Source: a virus. From it: a DNA stretch of 64,000 bases. Below, one piece after another: positions 47,822 to 58,245 of this stretch. The translations under genes and the position numbers were made by a program. Under the pieces are notes generated by a model. It did no database searches. It was not told the origin of the DNA and saw nothing but the letters and a program-made list of their open reading frames with translations. The stretch's first letter is position 1. Every line of letters begins with the position of its first letter. Where the stretch lies: the IMG/VR virus record IMGVR_UViG_3300034161_000008, positions 41,369 to 105,368 of that record, one strand, 5' to 3'.

Positions 47822-48697
47822 TTAGGCGCTGGTGCCAGTAGTGGCCGTGTTGGTAACCGGATCTACGGCGAACAGAGGTTCGGTAGCGCCGACGTCCAGC
47901 AACAGGTCAACGCCGTTGTTGTTGTACTTCATCGGGAAGAAGCAGGAGTAGTGCGAGCAAACTTGCACACCCACAGCTTCGTTGAAGTTGGTCGTAGCAC
48001 CATTCACGGTGATCGGCACAACTTTGTCCACAGCCGAACACAGCTCGATCTCAGACACGATCGCGAGGTCATCGGTATCGTAGATCACGTTCGAGACGTT
48101 CAGGAACTCAGCAGCGTCCCACGCAGAGAAGCTCAGCGGAGTACGAGCAGTCGTCGAAACGTAATCGCCCGACACCACGTTCACACCAGTCGAAGCCAAC
48201 GCCGACGGCACTGGGTTCAGGTTGGAGGAGTCCGGCACGAAAGGCTGAGGAGTATCGACGCCGTCTTTAACGACGTGGTATTCCATCTGCGAAACGACGC
48301 TGGTCAGATCCAGACGCTTGAGGTAGTAAGCCACCCACGTCTTGCCCTGGTGAGTTTCTTCACGACGCAGACCATACTTCTTGCGCTCTTCGAGCGTCAG
48401 GTCATTTGTAGGCTCGCGCAGGACGAAGGGAAGGACGTTAAAGCCCGCAGCATCGGTGGCTTTGTGCTGGATGCCCTTCGGGTATTGCACACCGCCGGGG
48501 CCAGTGCCCATGGTGTGGCCGCCATTACCGATAGAGTAATAGCGTAGGACAGGTGTCGCAGAGTCCGGCGGGAGGATGCCTGACTGGATATTGAATTTTT
48601 CATTGAGGGTCGTATTCGGCAGGATTTTGTGTTTGAGACCAAGCAGCATGTTGGTTTGCAAGTAGCTGCCGTAGGCCGTGCGAGTGATAATTTCCAC
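47822..48697 (-). CDS. Virion structural (baseplate) protein, phiKZ gp139-like
   Basis: GTG 48697 after GGAG; YYSIGNGG, PFVLRE...DLT..ER..Y..R, YYLK, VSEI.L. Confidence 0.65.
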   Translation of the reverse strand: MEIITRTAYGSYLQTNMLLGLKHKILPNTTLNEKFNIQSGILPPDSATPVLRYYSIGNGGHTMGTGPGGVQYPKGIQHKATDAAGFNVLPFVLREPTNDLTLEERKKYGLRREETHQGKTWVAYYLKRLDLTSVVSQMEYHVVKDGVDTPQPFVPDSSNLNPVPSALASTGVNVVSGDYVSTTARTPLSFSAWDAAEFLNVSNVIYDTDDLAIVSEIELCSAVDKVVPITVNGATTNFNEAVGVQVCSHYSCFFPMKYNNNGVDLLLDVGATEPLFAVDPVTNTATTGTSA

Positions 48698-48767
48698 TAG
48701 GGAAGCTCCAGAACTGGTGTGGGTAAGGCTACAAATAGTCACAGTATTTGCAGCCGTTGTTTAATTT

Positions 48768-49328
48768 TTACTCAGGTGCTGAGCCAGTGGCGACCGATGA
48801 CAGATCAGCATCTTGGCTGTTAGGCACAGACGCAGCCAGATCCACAGTGCCCGGAGCTACAAACGAGAACAGCCAATCACCATGGAAACGCAACGAGGTG
48901 TCGGCCGTGGTCACCGTACAGTCACCGTACCCGCCTGCCATGACGTGCGAGGCATCATCACCAAAGTCATTCACTTCAATCAAGAAGCCATACTTGAGCA
49001 GCATTGCATCGATCACGTCGGTCAGCTTCACAGGAACCGACGGGATCTCAAGCACGAAACGGAAAGTGTCGATACCCAGGTTCTTGGTGCTCAGCGTGCG
49101 GTACTTGAAGATCGTGCGGCCGTAGTAACCCTTTCCAGGAATTGCTTCGGCAGTCACGCTCGCCCATGGGTCTTCAACAACCCCGCCGCTTCCCAAACCA
49201 GCCTCGACGTTTTTAACGATCCGCACCAAAGTGAGGTCCACGTCAATGTCGTACTGGTATTTGATCATTGCTTGAAGAGTGGCTGCGCCGGTCGTATTAA
49301 AGACGTCCAGACGTGGTTGGATACTCAT
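48768..49328 (-). CDS. Baseplate/tail paralog family member
   Basis: Y.G...F.YR...KYG...SLRFHG shared domain. Confidence 0.65.
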   Translation of the reverse strand: MSIQPRLDVFNTTGAATLQAMIKYQYDIDVDLTLVRIVKNVEAGLGSGGVVEDPWASVTAEAIPGKGYYGRTIFKYRTLSTKNLGIDTFRFVLEIPSVPVKLTDVIDAMLLKYGFLIEVNDFGDDASHVMAGGYGDCTVTTADTSLRFHGDWLFSFVAPGTVDLAASVPNSQDADLSSVATGSAPE

Positions 49329-50419
49329 TCGTAATCTCCAGTGAAAGGGTTGTACAGCAATCCGAAAAGACGCCGCTTCTGTACAATACTAGGCAGCGGT
49401 ATTTCTCCACTACCTTCGTACGTCAGGCCGTTCAAGTTCGTGACCAAGATCACACTCGACAGCAGAATCTCTTCACCTTCCACCAAACGGTAGAACAGAC
49501 GAATCAAACCAATCGCACGCTTGGAATACGCAGGGTCAAGCCGCAGGATCAGGGTGTGAGTCAGCTTAGGGTTTACGGGACGCACGTCTTTAGTACGCAA
49601 CACCCCGTTGTAAAGAACCTTAGCCCCAAACACGTTCTGGAAACGCGGAGTCCGCGATGACGTCCAGCCTTCAGCCTCACCAGCCTGATGTGGAATCAGG
49701 TATCGATTGCCGAAGTCCCACGACTCAAACTCTTCTTCAAAGAGCTGGCCCGTTTGCAAGGTCTGCAAATAGGCGTGGTCACGAGTACCGTTCACCGAGA
49801 AATATTGCAACTCACCAGGAGAAGCAACGTCGGTGTCAGGGTCGATAACCAGATCTCGATACCCAGGCAGGAAACGACCGGGGTTGATCATTCGGATCAG
49901 AGGTTGCAACGTGTCCGGCGCGCAGTAGACAGGAAACTTACCCGGCTTGTAGCGGAAGGACTCATCGGCGATCTTCAACTCCAGAGGAAAACTCAACGTC
50001 GAGGAAATCAAATCCCCGTAGTTGTAGTCAACATCCGTGAAGCCCAAGTCCAACCCGTAGGTTTCCTTGAGCTCGGCCAGTACATCGGCTACGTCAAAAT
50101 CAACCCCACTGGTGGCCAAGAAATACGGAGGCTTGGGATGGTCTCCGTCTGCCACATTGAAATACGTCTCGTACGACTGGCGTGCTGCGTAGTGCGAGTG
50201 CGTCTGTCCAAAGTAGGGACTGGAACTCTGTGCAGTGACCTGAATCCCGACGGCACTAATGCCACCCGGAAGATCTACTGCCGAAGCCGCTCGTGTGCTA
50301 ACAAAAAAATCAGCAGGTGTGATCAACACATCGAACGTGTTACGAAAGCTGCTTGCCAGCAACTCTGCTTCGGGTTCAGTCAGCCACTTCGGTAAACCAA
50401 ATACCTCGGGCTTGGTCAT
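49325..50419 (-). CDS. Baseplate/tail paralog (phiKZ gp131-135-like)
   Basis: C-terminal NVFGAKVLYNG...N.KLTH.L.L.L motif. Confidence 0.7.
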   Translation of the reverse strand: MTKPEVFGLPKWLTEPEAELLASSFRNTFDVLITPADFFVSTRAASAVDLPGGISAVGIQVTAQSSSPYFGQTHSHYAARQSYETYFNVADGDHPKPPYFLATSGVDFDVADVLAELKETYGLDLGFTDVDYNYGDLISSTLSFPLELKIADESFRYKPGKFPVYCAPDTLQPLIRMINPGRFLPGYRDLVIDPDTDVASPGELQYFSVNGTRDHAYLQTLQTGQLFEEEFESWDFGNRYLIPHQAGEAEGWTSSRTPRFQNVFGAKVLYNGVLRTKDVRPVNPKLTHTLILRLDPAYSKRAIGLIRLFYRLVEGEEILLSSVILVTNLNGLTYEGSGEIPLPSIVQKRRLFGLLYNPFTGDYE

Positions 50420-51354
50420 TACGAATTCCCTGTGTCTCTGGACAGGTTGTAGAAGATGATTCCTTTACCGTAGTAGTTCAAGCAATGCTCTTCACTGAGC
50501 TCTACGATCAACACCCGGTCCAGTCGTGTGTTGTACGGTTTAGGGTAATCGTCAGTCAGCACACCGTTGTACAGCACTTTCGCACCGAACAAGTTGTAGT
50601 TGGCAGGTTCGGTCTGTTGAACCCACGCTACGTCCACACCATCGCTCAACCCGTAGACGCGCGACATCCACACCACAGGAGCGTCACCCAGATCCGTGTC
50701 AAAGACTTGATCCGCTACCAAAGCTTTGAGCTCGGTGGCTACAATCACGCCGTTGGCATCGGGCAGTCGCAACGCCAGATTCGCCCTGGGGTCTGAGAAA
50801 CGAAAGTAATCTTCTGGGGGTTGGATGACACTTGGCGGCAGCATCCGGGCGATGTTGGTTCGGTTCGTCGGTGTGATGACCACCGTGAGCTTGGAATTGT
50901 CCAGCTCCAAATATAGACGTCGGCTATAAGGAGAACCAGACAGAGCAGTACGGCCGTTGCTGTTAACTGCCAGCGCATAGTCGTCTACCTCTTTAAAGTC
51001 CTCAGCATCCCAATGAACTTCTGTTTGGGCATTGAGAGCTTCGCGTACACGTCTTACGGTGTAGGGTGCATCAAGGTTGATGTGCCATTCGAAGCGAGAG
51101 AAGTAGTTGTCAGCAATGAAGCGATTGTAGATGACGCTGGTTGCACCACCATAAATGGGAGGAGAGCCATCGGCACCCACAGTTCGTGCCTTGATCGCAA
51201 AAGAGACTTCGCGGTCATTGTACGAAAGCGTGTTGATACGTTCGATCGTGACTTGCGTCAATACCAGATCGACGTCTTGCCCGGACTTAATCAGGTCGTG
51301 AATCACCTGATCGCCTGAGCGTTTTAGAATACCTGGGATGCCAGTGGCCATCAT
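50419..51354 (-). CDS. Baseplate/tail paralog (phiKZ gp131-135-like)
   Basis: NLFGAKVLYNG...N.RLD.VL..EL...HC motif. Confidence 0.7.
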   Translation of the reverse strand: MMATGIPGILKRSGDQVIHDLIKSGQDVDLVLTQVTIERINTLSYNDREVSFAIKARTVGADGSPPIYGGATSVIYNRFIADNYFSRFEWHINLDAPYTVRRVREALNAQTEVHWDAEDFKEVDDYALAVNSNGRTALSGSPYSRRLYLELDNSKLTVVITPTNRTNIARMLPPSVIQPPEDYFRFSDPRANLALRLPDANGVIVATELKALVADQVFDTDLGDAPVVWMSRVYGLSDGVDVAWVQQTEPANYNLFGAKVLYNGVLTDDYPKPYNTRLDRVLIVELSEEHCLNYYGKGIIFYNLSRDTGNS

Positions 51355-52235
51355 TCTTTACCTGGGCTGAACTCTGGATTGAAATAAACCGTCACAATCC
51401 CCACAGGAGCGGTGCAGTAGAATGGATCTAACAGCAGTCGCACGCAATGGGTCAGAGTTTGGTTGTAGTTAGCAGGCAGATGATCGGGTTTGAGCCCAAC
51501 ATAAATCACCTTGGCACCGCGTAGATTGTTGTTGGAGACAGCGTCTTGATCAACCCAACGGTCCAGTAAGTTCAACTGCACCAGAACGTCTTGGAAGGCC
51601 TTAACCAACGGAGCCTTGGCAACGTCCCCGTCGAGCACAGTGTCGACTGACAGGGCGTTCCAGAGGGCTGTGTGTAGGTTACCGTTAAGCTCGCCACCGT
51701 ATTCCAACACCCAATGCTCAGGATCGAGCTCTTCCCCCAGATCTGCCAGACGGACAGGCGGTGGAAGGATCTTCTCAAGCTTGATCAGCTTGAGTAAGTT
51801 GATTGGGACTTCACCGTACCAGCGAAAGGACGAATCACGAGCCTTCAGCATGTACGGGTTAGCGTTGTCCTCAGTGATCAACTCCAGCACCACATCGGTC
51901 TCGTCAATCTTCAACCCTGTGCGGCGTTGGAGTTCAACCAGCAACAACATGGTGTTGGACGGCAGCGGGAGAGGAATCTCCAGATCAAAGGTGAAGAACA
52001 ACCCAAGATCCAAACGCTTCCAGCGAACGTTGACCGTGTTCTTGTACGGGAGGTTGTCGTTAGGACCTGAGGTAGGGCGAACCCCCAGAGTCCCTTCGAC
52101 AGCATCCAACTCTGCTTGGCGTAACCGCAGCAAGGCATCTTCGTCACTGAGGATCGTGTCGTTAGCCTGGTTGAAGATATCCACCACAGAGGCTTTGGGC
52201 TCAAGGCCCAAAGTCTTTATGTTGTCCTGCGCCAT
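51351..52235 (-). CDS. Baseplate/tail paralog (phiKZ gp130-135-like)
   Basis: W.RLDL..FF, SSFRWYG, NLRGAKVIYVG...N..LTH...L.L...YC. Confidence 0.7.
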   Translation of the reverse strand: MAQDNIKTLGLEPKASVVDIFNQANDTILSDEDALLRLRQAELDAVEGTLGVRPTSGPNDNLPYKNTVNVRWKRLDLGLFFTFDLEIPLPLPSNTMLLLVELQRRTGLKIDETDVVLELITEDNANPYMLKARDSSFRWYGEVPINLLKLIKLEKILPPPVRLADLGEELDPEHWVLEYGGELNGNLHTALWNALSVDTVLDGDVAKAPLVKAFQDVLVQLNLLDRWVDQDAVSNNNLRGAKVIYVGLKPDHLPANYNQTLTHCVRLLLDPFYCTAPVGIVTVYFNPEFSPGKE

Positions 52236-52237
52236 CG

Positions 52238-54478
52238 TCAGTCTCCAGTGGAGTTGTAGACGTCCTTCAGAGTGGCCAGTTCATCCGTCGTCAGATAACT
52301 GAAGTCGAACATGTCTGGGTTCTTGGTGACGCTTTCCAGAGACTCAGCATCGGTCTCCGGGATTTTGATATACACAGGCGCAGAGTTCATCCGAGCGTGC
52401 CACGTTACTGGCGCTGCTTGACCTACGGCTGGCAGGTGAGGCTTAACAATGATGTCCAGCTTTGCCGTGTGGCTGCTGTGACTATGGTAAGCAAACTGAG
52501 GACCTTCGATCCCCAAGTCCCACGGAATAATCGCCTTGGATCGCTCCTTGGTTTTATAGTGGTTCACCACAGCGTTACCCCACTTCGCAATACCTGCCGA
52601 GTGTTGGAACGTGTCGCCGATACGAATCATTGGCCAGTCGAACATTTTGATCGACGAAGAGTTGATCGACGTCAGGAACTGCACCGAGTAGCTGGACAGC
52701 TGGGTCATCAGTCGCACGAGCGCAGCTTGCAAGTCTTTAACGGACTTGGTCGTGGAGAGGTTAATCCCCGTAGCGTTCTTGAGAATGTCGACGTACAGCA
52801 AACCCAACTCGTTCTGAGTGAAGTCAGTGATCTTGATGTTGCGAGCAGCCAGCCAGTTGACGTACAGTTCGCCATCACCTTTAAACACACAACCCACGTC
52901 AGCGTAGATGCGAGACACCATGCCGTGCGTGAAGCCACGAGCAACGTGGTGTTCTTGCAGCGAGATCAAACCACGCTGAATCTGTGCCGAGTCGTAGATG
53001 TCTTGGCAGATGTTGAAGAACGCCTCAGTCGAGATGATAGAGTCGCCCGGCAGGATCTGCGGCTGTTGGCTCAGAGCTTTGTCGATGTAGTCGTCACCGA
53101 CCAGACGCGCAGTCACGATCGACTTCAGCGTAGCCTTAGATGGCAGCGGCACGTTCTGAACGCGCAGAGCAGCCACAGGCTCGACGTACTTCAAAGGCAA
53201 CCCGATGCTACCAAACAAACAGTAGATCATCGTAGCCCACGCCTCCTGAGCTGTCATGGGCATGCGTTCGGCAGTACGAGGGTTGGTGATCCCGATCACG
53301 ACATTATAAATGCCATGGGTCGAAAGATGCAGCCACTCGTTCAGCAGAATGTCTTCCAGCGCCCAAGGAGTAGCTCCCGTGCGATCGACCATGTCCGACT
53401 CTAACGCCTTGGTCAGGAGTACGTTGGACAGGGAGTTCTCCATCAGCGTTTTGACCACAGGTGCGGTCTCGGCTTGATACTTGGAGTTGTCCCGTGCGAC
53501 AGGGTCTTCCTTGAGCAACAGCGTACTCAAAGAGATCGTATCGTTAGGATCGATGTTGTAACCCAAGTTCACAGGAGCGCGTTTGAACGCAAGCGTCGGG
53601 TAATCTTCTTCCGGCTGACCGGTTAAATTATGACGCATCGTAAACTCGGCCAGCGGGATAGTCCGCTTGGTCAGGATATTGTCCACCAGCCAATGGAAGG
53701 TTTCGGCGTGCCCTGGGTTGTGGTTGATGTACTCAATGTTGCGGTACAGCCACAGAGCTTGCGCCGTGTCCAGAGTATCGATGAACGTGTCCAGATAACC
53801 GTGAGACGCCAGATACTGCTTAACGTGGTAGCTGTGCACCTCGTTAGTTTTGCAAGCTGCCAGACGAAAGTTCGTGATCGCAGGCAGCAAGCCCAGATAC
53901 ATGATCCCGTGTTCGAAGACTGGATAAAGGTCATCGCTCAGCTTGAACGCATCGTTGGTGTAACGGCCTTTATAGCCGTAGAGCCAGTTCTGCAAACGAA
54001 GCATCAGTGTGTATTCATTCGACTCCACCAACGAAGGCTTATACCCACCCAGGATCGTACGGTCAGGAGCTTTGATTGCAAACGCCTTGTCGATCGGGTT
54101 CAGGATGCCTAGGATCAGATCTTCCTGGTTAGGGTATTGAGACAGCAGTTCGTTGTAGTAGCGAGTCCCGTAGGCGTATTCACGACGGGTGCGGGTGTGG
54201 AGCTGAAGATTTTCCTTGGTAAAAGTTATTTTTTCCGAGGTATCCATTGAGACGACATACATCATCTCGCGTGTAAAGTGGTACTCGCCAGCCAAGGTCA
54301 TGTAGTACAACCAAGTCTCCGGCTCAAGCTCAGACACTTTGTCTGCACCAAACCAATCCGCCACGTACTGGTTTAGGCCAGCCACTGAGTCGGTCGATTT
54401 CACAACAACAGTTTCTGCGAGCTCTGTACAGGTTGCCTCGTACAGTTCGAAGTAGTTATTACTCATGGTCTTGTCCAT
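52238..54478 (-). CDS. Baseplate wedge-like virion protein, phiKZ gp128-like
   Basis: 746 aa; W.YY..LAGEYH, M.V.S.DT.E.I.FT.ENL, LYRNI.YI; divergent from the portal gene. Confidence 0.7.
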   Translation of the reverse strand: MDKTMSNNYFELYEATCTELAETVVVKSTDSVAGLNQYVADWFGADKVSELEPETWLYYMTLAGEYHFTREMMYVVSMDTSEKITFTKENLQLHTRTRREYAYGTRYYNELLSQYPNQEDLILGILNPIDKAFAIKAPDRTILGGYKPSLVESNEYTLMLRLQNWLYGYKGRYTNDAFKLSDDLYPVFEHGIMYLGLLPAITNFRLAACKTNEVHSYHVKQYLASHGYLDTFIDTLDTAQALWLYRNIEYINHNPGHAETFHWLVDNILTKRTIPLAEFTMRHNLTGQPEEDYPTLAFKRAPVNLGYNIDPNDTISLSTLLLKEDPVARDNSKYQAETAPVVKTLMENSLSNVLLTKALESDMVDRTGATPWALEDILLNEWLHLSTHGIYNVVIGITNPRTAERMPMTAQEAWATMIYCLFGSIGLPLKYVEPVAALRVQNVPLPSKATLKSIVTARLVGDDYIDKALSQQPQILPGDSIISTEAFFNICQDIYDSAQIQRGLISLQEHHVARGFTHGMVSRIYADVGCVFKGDGELYVNWLAARNIKITDFTQNELGLLYVDILKNATGINLSTTKSVKDLQAALVRLMTQLSSYSVQFLTSINSSSIKMFDWPMIRIGDTFQHSAGIAKWGNAVVNHYKTKERSKAIIPWDLGIEGPQFAYHSHSSHTAKLDIIVKPHLPAVGQAAPVTWHARMNSAPVYIKIPETDAESLESVTKNPDMFDFSYLTTDELATLKDVYNSTGD

Positions 54479-54500
54479 TAAACAGAGGTAGGTTTCAGAG

Positions 54501-57236
54501 ATGCCACCAAAAACTTTCAGTGCGGTAATCGAGCTGGCGAACAGCGGTCAGCGGTTCCCGGTGATGAAACTTGCCAAGGATGATCCCAGCCTCGCGGCAA
54601 TGATCAGCAAGCTTGTCGCTGCTCCAGAAGCCCCCAAGTACGGTAACGATGGTAACCGCACTCCGGATATTCCTAATGCTGCTGCTTTCCAAGCAGCATC
54701 TAACCAAATCGGGTCCAACGTCACCGACGCCCGTACCACCATGCAGCTGCTGCCAGACATGGAGTTGTCTGCACAGATTCTGATTTCTTCGGTGTTGTCG
54801 CCTAAGGACATGACGACTACCGAGTTCACCATCGTACCGCCGGAAGGCTTGGTAGATGCTGAAACTCAGGCGGCTTTGGTGGCTCGTCTACGCACACATT
54901 TTGAGCAAGACTATAAAATAAAGCCGCTTCTTCCAAAGATCCTGCGGGATATGCTCTTCGAAACAGGCAGTTACCCTGTAGCTGTTATTCCGGAGAACAG
55001 TCTGGACGAGGCGATCAACGCCGACTCACGGATTACGATGGAGTCGCTGGCTGAATTCTTCGACCCTGAAGGCACTCCTTTGCCATTGGGTTTGTTGGGT
55101 CCTGCCGCTGTTGTGGCTACACCTCCTCGCAAGCGTCCTGGGTTGTCGATGGAAGGCATCCAGAGCTACAAGCCTAACGTTGCCATTGAGCAGATGGTGA
55201 CCTTCCCTGGTGCGTTCCCAACGCCTGTGGACGACACGTTCCTCTCGGTGTCCGATAACCCATCGGTACTGAAGATTCCTGCGTTGAACCAGCGTGTGCG
55301 TGAAGCGCGTGTGTTGGATGCGTTGGGTTCGCGTGCAATGGAATCGTTCAGCCATAAGCTCAACGACCGCCAGTTGACTGGCTTGGTCTACAAGCAGCGC
55401 GAGTATGGCTATCGTCCGATTGCCTCCCTGAAGACTCAGGAACAGCTCAAGCGCCGTACCGTGGGCGAACCCCTGATTACTCGATTCCCTTCGGAGTCGG
55501 TGATCCCGGTTCACGTGCCTTCGTCGCCTGAAGTGCATATCGGCTACTTCATCATGGTTGATGCTGACGGTTATCCTGTTTCGGTGGGGTCCTCCAAAGA
55601 CTACTACCAGCAGATGTCTCAACGTCTGTCAGGTGCCGGTGGCGGTGGCTTTGCATCCTCCATGCTTGCGAAAGTACAGAACGGGATGGATGGCTTCAAC
55701 TTGGGCCGCTCTGATCACCAAGAGCATTCCAAGAAGACGTTTGCCTCGATGGTTGAAGCTGACCTACTGGGTCGCCTGCGTAACGGCGTGTACGGCAATG
55801 GCGTAGCGCTGGCCAAAAACGACGACATGTACATGATCATGCTCGCTCGTATGTTGGCTAAGCAACACACGCAGATGCTGTTCCTGCCTGTGGAGTTGAT
55901 GACGTACTTCGCATTCCGCTACAACGAAAACGGTATCGGTGAGTCGCTGATGGACGGGATGAAAATCCTGAACTCCCTGCGCGCAATGCTGATGTTCGCT
56001 GACGTAATGGCGGCTGTGCGTAACTCGATCGGCCGTACCGACGTGAAGCTGAAACTCGATGAGGATGATCCTGATCCGAAGAAAGCCATCGAGATCATGC
56101 AGCACGAAATCATCAACAGCCGTAAACAGGCGTTCCCTCTGGGTGCGAACAGTCCTACCGATCTGGTGGACTACCTGACCAAAGCTGGTTATGAGTTCTC
56201 GTACGAAGGTCATCCTGGCCTGCCGGATATCTCGGTAGAGTTCTCGGAGAAGAACACCAACTACACCAAGTCCGACCCAGACCTCACTGAGTATCTGCGT
56301 AAGGCTGCTATCGGTGCGGTAGGTCTCTCGCCAGAGAACGTGGACGCAGGCTTCCAAGCTGAGTTCGCAACCTCCATCGTGTCCAACAACCTGTTGCTCA
56401 CCAAACGTGTTATGCAGATTCAGGAAGGCTTCACGCCTCAACTGGCTGACCACATGCGTAAAGTGGCAATGAACTCGGAAAACCTCTGCACTGATTTGAT
56501 GAAAATCATTTCTGATAACTTCGCGAAACTGAAAATCGAAGAGATCAAGAATGATCAAACCACTGATGAGCAGCGCCTCAACGACAAACAGTACGTGTGC
56601 AATAAAGTGCTGCGTGACTTCCTGCTGAACTTCGAAGTGACTCTGCCGTCGCCTAACTCGGTGACGCTGGACAACCAAGTCGAAGCGTTGAAGGTTTACT
56701 CCGAAGCATTGGACGCTGGTCTGGAGCACGTGATCTCTGATTCGTTCTTCACGCAAGACGTTGGTGGCGAAGCTGCCAGTCTCGTAGGTCCGGCTAAAGC
56801 TATTGTGAAGGCGCAGCTGATGCGTACTTACATGGCCGACAACGGCATCCTGCCAGAGCTGTTGGAAATCACCACACTGGGCGACGACAACAAACCGATG
56901 ATTGACTTTGCTGGTCAATACACGGCTCACGTCGAAGCACTGACCAAAGCATTGGGTGCGTTGGCTGTTGGTCTGCATCCTCTGAAAGCTGCTACGGACG
57001 AAATCATCCAAGGTACGGGTGACCAACTCCAAGGCGGTGGTGACAACAACGAGAACACAGATGAGAACGCTGGCGGTGAGGAAGAGGGCGGTCCATTCGG
57101 CGACGACGAGAAAGATCTCTTCGCTGAAGAACCCGAAACTCCAGAGACTCCTGAAACTGGCGTAGATAATCCACCAGCCGAAGAGAAACCAGCTGAAACT
57201 CCTCCTGAAGAAGAGGAAGAAGAGCCTGCTGAGTAA
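54501..57236 (+). CDS. Portal protein, phiKZ gp129-like
   Basis: 911 aa; QLLPDMELSAQILISSVLSPKD, PSESVIPVH.P..P..H.GYF; acidic Pro/Glu tail; synteny. Confidence 0.8.
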   Translation: MPPKTFSAVIELANSGQRFPVMKLAKDDPSLAAMISKLVAAPEAPKYGNDGNRTPDIPNAAAFQAASNQIGSNVTDARTTMQLLPDMELSAQILISSVLSPKDMTTTEFTIVPPEGLVDAETQAALVARLRTHFEQDYKIKPLLPKILRDMLFETGSYPVAVIPENSLDEAINADSRITMESLAEFFDPEGTPLPLGLLGPAAVVATPPRKRPGLSMEGIQSYKPNVAIEQMVTFPGAFPTPVDDTFLSVSDNPSVLKIPALNQRVREARVLDALGSRAMESFSHKLNDRQLTGLVYKQREYGYRPIASLKTQEQLKRRTVGEPLITRFPSESVIPVHVPSSPEVHIGYFIMVDADGYPVSVGSSKDYYQQMSQRLSGAGGGGFASSMLAKVQNGMDGFNLGRSDHQEHSKKTFASMVEADLLGRLRNGVYGNGVALAKNDDMYMIMLARMLAKQHTQMLFLPVELMTYFAFRYNENGIGESLMDGMKILNSLRAMLMFADVMAAVRNSIGRTDVKLKLDEDDPDPKKAIEIMQHEIINSRKQAFPLGANSPTDLVDYLTKAGYEFSYEGHPGLPDISVEFSEKNTNYTKSDPDLTEYLRKAAIGAVGLSPENVDAGFQAEFATSIVSNNLLLTKRVMQIQEGFTPQLADHMRKVAMNSENLCTDLMKIISDNFAKLKIEEIKNDQTTDEQRLNDKQYVCNKVLRDFLLNFEVTLPSPNSVTLDNQVEALKVYSEALDAGLEHVISDSFFTQDVGGEAASLVGPAKAIVKAQLMRTYMADNGILPELLEITTLGDDNKPMIDFAGQYTAHVEALTKALGALAVGLHPLKAATDEIIQGTGDQLQGGGDNNENTDENAGGEEEGGPFGDDEKDLFAEEPETPETPETGVDNPPAEEKPAETPPEEEEEEPAE

Positions 57237-57269
57237 CTCCTGAAGCAAAAAAAAAAGAGGTTGGTATGG

Positions 57270-57306
57270 ACATAGCCCCCTACCCCGAAGGGTAGGGGGT
57301 TTATGC
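57270..57306. terminator. Bidirectional CATA-hairpin-TATG element
   Basis: aCATA-gccccctaccc-cgaa-gggtagggggt-tTATGc; a 10-nt A run lies at 57247-57256, separated from the stem. Confidence 0.75.
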
Positions 57307-57309
57307 CGT

Positions 57310-57702
57310 CTACTGAACTACTTCGCTCTCAACCTTGAAGCCGTGGAAACGAGCTTCTACTTTCTCCACGTTTTGCTGGCTGATTGATACATCACCCTGC
57401 ACGACATCGATCCCGACTACGAAAGCTCGGAACATGTGTGGGCGGGTTTTGTAGATTGCATTCAGCATGTCCGAAGCATCAGCACAGGCGTCGTCCATGA
57501 TGTCGTAATCGCTTTTGTGAGCGTACTGATCGTAGTCGTGGTAGCAAGGGTTGTTACGGTAGCTGTACATCGGCACCGTTTCCAAAGCCTCGCCAGTCAA
57601 CGCACCACGAACAATAGATGCGATTGCACCATTGATTTCTGGATCAGCACCAACTACCAACACCACCACATCTGAATCGCGAGGGTTCGGGTTCTCACTC
57701 AT
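57310..57702 (-). CDS. Hypothetical protein, tandem paralog family
   Basis: VVLVVG.D...A...; SDMLNAI..TRPHMF; VGIDVVQGDVSI. Confidence 0.75.
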   Translation of the reverse strand: MSENPNPRDSDVVVLVVGADPEINGAIASIVRGALTGEALETVPMYSYRNNPCYHDYDQYAHKSDYDIMDDACADASDMLNAIYKTRPHMFRAFVVGIDVVQGDVSISQQNVEKVEARFHGFKVESEVVQ

Positions 57703-57711
57703 TGCAGTCCC

Positions 57712-58245
57712 TTACGGATAGATGGTGGTCAGGATTTGATCGACAACCTTTTCTTTGCCGATCGCTACGTGCGCAGTATGTCGAACTTCTTTAGTGATAG
57801 AAACATCACCTTTGACGATCTCAACACCGATACGCATCTGGCCACGAGTGATGGCCGGATACGCAAAGCACATGCCTTCCCAGACGCTCTCGACTTCATC
57901 GAGGATCTTCTGGTTTTGGTCGTCGCGAGACTCATCGTGAAATTGCTCTCGGATGTCGACGTAGTCAACAAAGTTAGCAGCTTCTTGCAGATTACCCAAC
58001 GGCACCGTAGGCACCGCCAAATACTGCTCGACGAACGTGCGCAGGCAGTTAGCCAGCGCCGCAGTTACACGGTCGTCATTACCCACAACCAACAACGCCA
58101 CTTCAGGAATACTTTCAGTGATGTCGTGCTTGGTGAGGATAGCTGGCACGTAAGCTTTTGGTTTCAGCCCAGCAGCAGCGATCTCCAGCTCTTCTTGCAA
58201 CGTACCCATTGGCTTAGCCTTAGATACTTGACGAGAGTTGCTCAT
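57712..58245 (-). CDS. Hypothetical protein, tandem paralog family
   Basis: VALLVVG.D...AALA; IGVEIVKGDVSI. Confidence 0.75.
   Translation of the reverse strand: MSNSRQVSKAKPMGTLQEELEIAAAGLKPKAYVPAILTKHDITESIPEVALLVVGNDDRVTAALANCLRTFVEQYLAVPTVPLGNLQEAANFVDYVDIREQFHDESRDDQNQKILDEVESVWEGMCFAYPAITRGQMRIGVEIVKGDVSITKEVRHTAHVAIGKEKVVDQILTTIYP

Noticed and set aside
57247..57256. A10 run as a frameshift or phase-variation tract
   Set aside because: Intergenic, after the portal stop codon; more likely part of minus-strand termination
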